Assembly (NCBI RefSeq): GCF_963676685.1
Contig: NC_092352.1
Location: 40,362,001 to 40,426,000 of the forward strand
Origin: Mytilus edulis
Lineage: Eukaryota
Direction: 5' to 3'
Length of the DNA: 64,000 bases
The notes under the pieces are model-generated. The model was not told where the DNA came from. It made no database searches and saw only the letters and a list, made by a program, of their open reading frames with translations. A program made the translations under genes and the position numbers. Shown piece after piece: positions 56,790 to 64,000 of this stretch (position 1 is its first letter; the number at the start of each line of letters is the position of its first letter).

Positions 56790-57940
56790 TATTGTCTAAA
56801 AGCAATTTCTCTTTCAACGGACTTATCATTTCTAATTATATTTCCAAATGCTTTGAGAATTTTCTAATGAATTTCTCCCTCTATAGGAATACGCCCTAAT
56901 AATAGTAAAGTTGCAGCTATTGTTGTACGTTTAGGAAAGTGCTGAATTTGCTTTAATAATTGTCTAAAGAATAATTCCATCTTTTTTATATCTGTATTTG
57001 AGAGCGATATGACATCTAAACCGTATAGAAGTCTAGGTATAACATATATTTGTATCAAGTGTACAGAAACTTTTGGATTGACTCTATTCAAACCGTGTAA
57101 CCCCGTACCCACGAGAGAGTATACAGTTTTCCTTGCAGTAGTAATACGCTTGTTCAATGCTATATATATACATGCTCCTAATTGATTTCTTTAAAAAGTT
57201 TGTAAAAGTGAATTATAAAAATCTTATAGGCTGTCCAGATATCGCGCGGCCTTGTCTTACACCTTGTTGTTCCTCTATTGAATTTGAAAGCAACCATTTA
57301 AATTTAATTTTTGATTTAAGATTTTCATACCATCTTTTAAAGATTAACCAATTGTCCCCGGTGTAACCAAACTTGTGCATTTCTCTCATCAGGCCAACGT
57401 ATGCCAAAGAATGTCAAAAGCTTTCCTTGCATCCATTAAAGCCACATATAGTGGTGATTTTGTCTTTATTGCTTGGATTATAAGTTCAGTTAAAATTAAA
57501 GCAGCAATAATAGGCATTTCTCCGGAGGTAAATACTTTTTGTAGTTTATTTTGGTTTTTAGCTACAGAGTTTTTATTTTGAAATAAATGAGCTTTCTCAA
57601 CAACTTTTCCTACTGTACATGTAATAGTTTTTTTCCGATATGAGTTCGGATCAATTTTTGGTTTTCCATCATAGGACAGGCTATCCAACCTTTCAATAAA
57701 GTTGAAATATGTAAATGTTTAAAAATAGCATTTACAAAAAGAGTCATTATAGTTATCATAATAGGTCCACCATATTTCAAATGTTCAGCTGCTATATTTT
57801 CTTCATCAGCAGATTTATTATTTTTCATTTCACTAAAATACTTTTCATTTCACTGACTTCTGTTACAGGTGAAATATTTTCTATCTTATTTTCAGTAAAA
57901 GTTTTTATTAATGTTTTATATCATTTTCAACTAGACTAAA
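56790..57940 (-). pseudogene. Decayed LINE ORF2 (reverse transcriptase) fragment
   Basis: Frameshifted minus-strand ORFs with IAAEHLKYGG, MDARKAFDILWH, QGVRQG and YVIPRLLYGL. Confidence 0.85.
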
Positions 57941-57949
57941 GTGTTCATA

Positions 57950-58030
57950 TTGACGTCTTATTATATAACACACAATGCTTTCCCGCCGAACTTGGTATTC
58001 GTGTAAACTTTTTGTTTATGGCGCTCCATT
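57950..58030 (+). promoter_or_regulatory. Possible promoter of the zinc-finger gene
   Basis: CRE-like TGACGTC (57951), E2F-like TTTCCCGCC (57979-57987) and YY1-like ATGGCG (58018-58023) clustered in AT-rich DNA. The link to the ZNF gene is inferred. Confidence 0.3.
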
Positions 58031-58312
58031 CAAAGGAGAGATTATTTGAAAAATAAGGAAAGGAAACGCAGTATCTGTCGTTTCTTTCTCATTTCAAAAC
58101 TGAACTGCTGGGTACCAATTTTTTTCCAGGTCTGGAAACTTGTTTAGGTCAGTGAGTTAAGCATTACATGAGTAGTTAGACACATGCCAGCATAGACAAC
58201 AAACCAACGTTAAAACGATAAAGCGAATGCAGGTACAGAAGACAAATAATACTTTTGGTTTTATTTAATTTTAAGGTGGACATGGTGGACGAACATTGCT
58301 GTAAATTTTACA

Positions 58313-58657
58313 CCACAGACACTTGTTTCTGTCAATGTGGGGGTTACTATCAACACCCGTACGAAAGTGATTTCGTACGGGTGTGGATAATAAACCCCAC
58401 ATTGACAGAAACAAATGCATGTGCTCACAACTGTAAGTGACAGGTTAAGGGGTGTAACTGTCATGTGACTGAGTGCCAGAGTGGACAGCACAGGCACTTG
58501 TTTCTATCTGAGACTACTATAACACAGTTTATAGTGTTATATAACACAGTTTATAGTGTTATATAACACAGTTTATAGTGTTATAGTAGTCTCAGTTTCT
58601 ATCCATGCATTGATATTGATAGTGGGTCTTCCCATGGATAGAAACGAGTGCCTGTGG
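58313..58657. mobile_element. Double-hairpin MITE
   Basis: Outer TIR ccacagacacttgtttct and agaaacgagtgcctgtgg. Near-perfect ~110-bp hairpin at 58313-58422 and a second hairpin at ~58489-58657 with the same terminal motif. Confidence 0.75.
58508..58595. mobile_element. 88-bp palindromic insertion with TSD, nested in the MITE (candidate excision footprint)
   Basis: TTTCTAT|ctgagactactataacac...gtgttatagtagtctcag|TTTCTAT with 18-bp arms and a centre amplified about 3x. Can also be read as a 9-bp TSD GTTTCTATC. Confidence 0.7.
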
Positions 58658-59632
58658 TAGACAGTTTCAAATGCAATTCAGGTGGGTTTTTTTAAATTTT
58701 TACACCAACTGCAGGAAACGGACAAAAATGCACATCGAAATCAAAATAAGATTTTATCTTTCCGAAACACAAAATGCAGTATGGCTAGTTGACAGTCGGA
58801 GGGTATAACTTTAAACTTAAATACATTGTAAAAGAAAAATAAACATGCAAATGTTATTTGTGGACTAAAATTTTAATTTATTGTAATAAATAATGATCAG
58901 AGCATGCAATGATGTACTGCCCAAGATTCCAAGTAATTCCCAAGTGTCTCATATATTAAGTTACATAGATATAAGAAGATGTGGTATGATTGCCGATGAG
59001 ACAACTCTCCATCCAAGTAACAATTTATTAAAAGTAAACCATTATAGGTCAAGGTACGGCCTTGTATGCCTGTATTAATTAATAAAAATATAAGCGCATA
59101 TGGTATGAGTGTCAATGAGACAACTCACCATTTAAGTCACAATTTGTAAAAGTAAAACAATATAGGTCAAAGTGTGGTATGCAACACAGAGCCTTAGCTC
59201 ACACCCAACAGCATGAACAGCAAGCTATAAAGGGCCCCACAAAATGAATAGTGAAAAACAATTCTAACATCAAAACCAGTCTATCCTATATCAAAAAAAC
59301 CTGAGAAACTGTAAACGCTTATGAACCACATCACAATTGACAACCACTGAACATCAGGTTAGGCTTTACCAAGAGTAGTTGTTTTTAGGTTCAGTCATTT
59401 TTGTTCCTTTGTCATGCTTGTTATTGATGAACCTTAACATTAAAAGATCTAAATGTCTAACTAAATAAAATAAAAAAATAAGTGTATTTTGATGAAACAC
59501 ACTTTTTTCTCATTACAAGGAAGAAGCAGCTAAACAAGCCACAGAAACACACACACATATCTATTGGAGTATTGGTCATCAGATTGTACTGAACTGGTTC
59601 AATTTTCATTTATACACTATTTCAGTGACTTA

Positions 59633-61002
59633 GGCCACACCAATTTGATTCCTTGTTCGACGGACCCGCCCGCACATATTTTTTTCAAAACAGATTTTTT
59701 TTTTTTAAATTCCCGCTTCCCGCATCCGGAAATGTAATCATGTCCATTTTCCGCACCGTGTTTTTGTATATGTTATAAAAAGATCTCAACATTTGTTTTT
59801 AAAATCACAGTCTAACCTTTATATAATGATTTTAAACATATAAGCACCCCTCTACACTGTAAATATCTGTGAGAATATTTGTTTCAGCATGAAACCAATG
59901 TATCCCAAGTGGGAGTGGTCTGATATAAATACATTGGTTTCTTTCCCCCCTTGTCTTATATTCCCTATCAAAAAATGTTCGTTGTTAAAATAAAGTACAA
60001 AGAACTTCAGAAGGATTTGCTTTCAACTGCAATTATATTGTATGCTGACGGCAATTCACGCTGCAGGTTTGTGCACCTGTCCTGATTGATTCAGGGGCCT
60101 GTTGTTCATCAGTTATCGTTTGTTGATGTTGTTCATTGGTATTTTCCCGTTTGGAAATATAAATTAGATTGTTGGTTTTCCTGTTCGAATTGTGTACACT
60201 AATAATTTTGGGGCCCCTTATAGCTTGCTGTTTGGTCTGGATCAAAGCCCTGTGTAAAAGGCCGTACTTTGACCTATTTTTGTTATTATCAGGTTGGGAA
60301 CAACCCTCCCTCAGACCAGGGATCATTTTATAGTTGTAGAAAAGAAAATAGAAAAACTAAGAATTTTTCACTCAAAAAGAGGAGAAATACATTATATTTT
60401 AAACAACTTCTCTAAATTGGGGTCCACTTTATTTTGATTGATATTAAACTGTTTAAAGTAAATGTGTTAACATGGCTAAAGTCCAGGAATATTATATTAC
60501 AAAGTTCTTGGACATGTTTTGACCATTTAATACCATATGAATATTACAGTTCTTTGGGAAAATATGAGCCCTTTTGTACTAAAAAGTGTTATACAAAAAA
60601 ATAAATATTATAACTTATATTGACCCCTTATAAAAGGGATATTTATAACATTAAGGGATTGTTCTGAACCTGATTATGACTTGGATGGAGAATTGTCTCA
60701 TTGTCAGTCACACATACATAGACCAGATTTAATTACTCAATTATTTCTTGTTGAACAGGGAAAAAATACTCCATAAATTAAAGAAATGTCAAAATACAAG
60801 TGATAAATCAAGTTTTAATATAGTCAAAACCAACTATTTTATGTTTACAAAAAAAAATTATAATCGCTCGCCTTTACTTTTTAAGCTTCGCCTCAAAAAT
60901 TTGCAAATTAAATATTTTTTTATTAAAATTTTCAAATCGCTCGCTCGCCCCAATTTTTGGAGTCCAAAAATCCGTAGAACAAGAAATTAAATTGGTGTGG
61001 CC
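59633..61002. mobile_element. Non-autonomous PIF/Harbinger-type element
   Basis: ~32-bp TIRs ggccacaccaatttgattccttgttcgacgga and tccgtagaacaagaaattaaattggtgtggcc. TTA TSD at 59630-59632 and 61003-61005. Confidence 0.88.
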
Positions 61003-61364
61003 TTATACTTCTATAAATAAGTCTCAGATTGTACCTGTCCAAATACAAATAAGAAATGAATTTAACATTCTTAAAAACAAAAGGGGGGGGGGGGACGAAA
61101 TGACCCTCATACAGAGAGGAATGTCACAGTAACATTTTCTCAGTTCTGATATAAAACAAATTATACAAGGTGCAATGTGTAATTAAAGAAAGGCAATTTA
61201 TAGCTGGAAATTTTTGTGTTCAGGAACCGGTTTCAGTTCATTCTTTTTTCTTTTGCAGTACTCATTGAAAGATGTTGACATAACTGTCTATCTTCATCAA
61301 CATATGAAAACTCCTTTAAATTTACACAAAGAATTTTTTATTACAGAAATTAAAGTGAGAAAAT

Positions 61365-63644
61365 ATGGACAAAGACCAGCACCATAACAGCTTAGAACCA
61401 GCAAAGGGAGAAAACAGCTTAGAACCAGCAAAGGGAGAAAACAGCTTAGAACCAGCAAACGGAGAACACAGCTTAGAACCAGCAAAGGGAGAAAACAGCT
61501 TAGAACCAGCAAACGGAGAAAACAGCTTAGAACCAGCAAACGGAGATAACAGCTTAGAACCAGCAAACGGAGAAAACAGCTTAGAACCAGCAAAGGGAGA
61601 AAACAGCTTAGAACCAGCAAACGGAGAAAACAGCTTAGAACCAGCAAACGGAGAAAACAGCTTAGAACCAGCAAAGGGAGAAAACAGCTTAGAATCAGCA
61701 AATAAAGAACAAGAATCTGAAGTTCCAGAAGAGGGTATTTCTCAGACTGACGTAACTTCTGATAAAAATACATCAATCATTTCTACACTGAAGCAAAAGG
61801 ACGGGAAATATCAATGTACAGTTTGCCAAAAGTTTTTTCTAAAACACACAATCAGACGGCATATAAAAAATTTCCATGCTGATGGTAAAACGCATGTTTG
61901 TAGAATTTGTCTGGCAGTTTTTAGTCAAAAGTATGATCTTATAATTCATACAAAAACAGCACATTCAAGACCTCCAAATTACAAATGCAATATTTGTGAC
62001 AAAACTTATATGCACAAGAATTCATTGATTAGACACAAGGAATGCCATTCTGATACAGAATTTCTCTGTAAAATTTGTAATAAAAACTTCAAATCAAGTG
62101 ATAGTCTTAAAAAGCATTGTTCTTCCCATGGAAAAGAGAAAAAATATATATGTAGCGTGTGTGGAAATAAATTCATGGAAAAACATTATTTAAAGATTCA
62201 TATGGCGTCCCATTCAAATGACAAACTTAGGGAATGCACAATATGTAATAGAAAATTTAGTACTATTGCTCAATGTAAAACCCACGAAGAAAAAGTGCAT
62301 GCTGGGAATATTACATTTACGTGTCCAGTCTGTAATAAATTTTATTTTGAATCTTATCAATTAAAAAACCACATGAAAAAACATTCTGTCGCTGAAAAGA
62401 AACCTGGTTATAAATGTGGCACTTGTGGCAAAAGTATAACAACTCGTTGGTCATTGAAAAAACATGAGTTAAGACATTTGGGAGTTGAAAAAATTCGATG
62501 TGATATATGTGACAAAGGTTTTAGTGATAATTATACATTAAAGAAACATAAAAAGTTGATACATACTCTCAACTTCGATTTTAAATGTCAAATTTGCGGC
62601 CAAGGCTTTGTCTGCAAAGAAAAGTATAAACACCATCAAGCAAGGCATCTCAAGATTAGAAAACATCAATGTAATTTCTGCAAGAGAAAGTTTTTGTTAG
62701 AGAGGAGTTGCATTAGTCATATGAAAATAAAACATCAGGATGAATATTTTGCTGGTAAAAAATCATCTCTTCATGAATGTGAATTTTGTGGGAAAAAATT
62801 CTTGTATTTAAAACTTAGAAATGAACACATCAAGCTTCACACTGGACATAGACCCCTTATTTGTCAATTTTGTAATAAATCATATAGAACACAACAGACT
62901 CTTGCACTTCATGAGAAAAGACATACAAATCCATTTGAGTGTGGAATATGCCATGCACAATTTATTCAAAAGCATTTGCTTTTAAAACATTTGAAAAAAC
63001 ATGAAGATACTACTACCAAAGACCATCAACGACAACAGAATATCAGTGTTAAAGAACAAACACAATTTGGTCATGATAATCTACTTAAAATTGAGGCCAA
63101 CAATTCTCATGATCCAATGTATATGGTACACTCAGAAGGAGCAGTGGATGAACAAAGTCAATTTGGAATGAATAGTAAACTGTCCAAAGAAAATCATACA
63201 TCAAAGGAATTAAGATGTAGTAACGATGTGTTACAAATTCAAGGTGGGATTCAACCATCATGTGAGACTCCACTAGCATTGTGGACTGAAGGTCTAAATA
63301 TAGAAGCAGTGAATGATGAGATAAAACCAGAAATCATAAACGAAATTAAGGAGGAAGTAAAAACAATTGAACCAGAGACAAACGATCATCAAATGAAAGA
63401 ACAAAGTACATTTCTTAATCATGGTCAAAGATCAGATACAGGATACTTAAGTACATGTAGTTCTGGGTTCCCTTTGAAAACAGAACACACTTTACAGCAG
63501 AATATAGTAAACCCATTAAATGGTAATGTTGTAACAATGACTAAACTTGGATCAGTGAAGGTGAATACTGAAGATCTTCAGAAAATACTCAATAGGGGAA
63601 ATATTTTGGATATCATAAAATCTCAGACACAAAATGATTTATAA
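61365..63644 (+). CDS. C2H2 zinc-finger protein (14 fingers) with N-terminal 9-aa tandem repeat
   Basis: 759-aa ORF with 14 CxxC...HxxxH/HxxxxH units from YQCTVC to FECGICH. Splice acceptor ttacag at 61345-61346 just upstream of the ATG, so upstream exons are likely. Confidence 0.92.
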   Translation: MDKDQHHNSLEPAKGENSLEPAKGENSLEPANGEHSLEPAKGENSLEPANGENSLEPANGDNSLEPANGENSLEPAKGENSLEPANGENSLEPANGENSLEPAKGENSLESANKEQESEVPEEGISQTDVTSDKNTSIISTLKQKDGKYQCTVCQKFFLKHTIRRHIKNFHADGKTHVCRICLAVFSQKYDLIIHTKTAHSRPPNYKCNICDKTYMHKNSLIRHKECHSDTEFLCKICNKNFKSSDSLKKHCSSHGKEKKYICSVCGNKFMEKHYLKIHMASHSNDKLRECTICNRKFSTIAQCKTHEEKVHAGNITFTCPVCNKFYFESYQLKNHMKKHSVAEKKPGYKCGTCGKSITTRWSLKKHELRHLGVEKIRCDICDKGFSDNYTLKKHKKLIHTLNFDFKCQICGQGFVCKEKYKHHQARHLKIRKHQCNFCKRKFLLERSCISHMKIKHQDEYFAGKKSSLHECEFCGKKFLYLKLRNEHIKLHTGHRPLICQFCNKSYRTQQTLALHEKRHTNPFECGICHAQFIQKHLLLKHLKKHEDTTTKDHQRQQNISVKEQTQFGHDNLLKIEANNSHDPMYMVHSEGAVDEQSQFGMNSKLSKENHTSKELRCSNDVLQIQGGIQPSCETPLALWTEGLNIEAVNDEIKPEIINEIKEEVKTIEPETNDHQMKEQSTFLNHGQRSDTGYLSTCSSGFPLKTEHTLQQNIVNPLNGNVVTMTKLGSVKVNTEDLQKILNRGNILDIIKSQTQNDL
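61386..61709 (+). repeat. Coding minisatellite, 27 bp x 12 (NSLEPA[K/N]GE)
   Basis: aacagcttagaaccagcaaa[g/c]ggagaa repeated in frame. Confidence 0.95.
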
Positions 63645-63736
63645 TGAATTACATATGCAAGAGTAAGTTTATTATTATCTATTTATTAAAGTTTGTATTT
63701 TTCTGATCTATTCTTTTATTTTTTAGTGGTAATATT

Positions 63737-64000
63737 TTTATACCCTGTCTGTATTGAAGGGGACATTAAGTTTTACCCTTGTATGTCTGTATGTACGTCC
63801 GTCTGTCCATACGTCTCAAAGTTTGTTTCTGCTCTGTAATTTTAGTTTTCCTCAACCAAATGTTATGAAACTTATATCACAAAATACAAATCAAGTTTGA
63901 ATTTTGGTGGTGTCAATTTAACAGTTCTAGAGTTATGCCCCTTTAAAAATTGCAATATTGGTAAATTTTTCTCTCTGTTCTCTTACTTTTAAACCAAATG
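63737..64000 (+). mobile_element. 5' end of a HINE/Helentron-like element (runs out of window)
   Basis: tttttataccc head, gtctgt/gtccgt microsatellite, then the same core unit as 10500-11742. Confidence 0.7.

Noticed and set aside
61297-61776. Hydrophobic antisense ORF (LLVLSCF)n
   Set aside because: Reverse frame of the 27-bp coding repeat.

Overview
AT-rich eukaryotic genomic DNA with spliceosomal introns. The repeat families look like those of a bivalve mollusc, probably Mytilus (inference). Host genes: two convergent 3-exon alpha-tubulin paralogues (6628-9789 +, 25657-28575 -), a complete 14-exon cyclin F gene (42347-48958 -, about 784 aa), and a 14-finger C2H2 zinc-finger ORF with a 9-aa x12 repeat (61365-63644 +). 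Between the tubulins is a nest of transposons. A PIF/Harbinger-type non-autonomous element (TAA TSD) hosts a 5-kb TIR element with an intact Sola-like DDD/E transposase and apparently no target-site duplication, and that element itself carries smaller inserts. Most unusual small-scale signals: (i) several ultra-short palindromes with 17-18-bp arms and 7-bp TSDs that look like P-element excision footprints; (ii) a circularly permuted ~440-nt unit combining a minimal hammerhead ribozyme motif with a tRNA-like Pol III promoter, inserted as an inverted pair inside one such footprint; (iii) a 182-bp TG...CA solo LTR carrying a tRNA-derived Pol III promoter; (iv) patchy gene conversion between the tubulins that spares the M-loop region. 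The remainder is Helitron/Helentron-type repeats, MITEs, minisatellites and decayed LINE and Gypsy remnants. All alignments were done by eye and no database searches were run.
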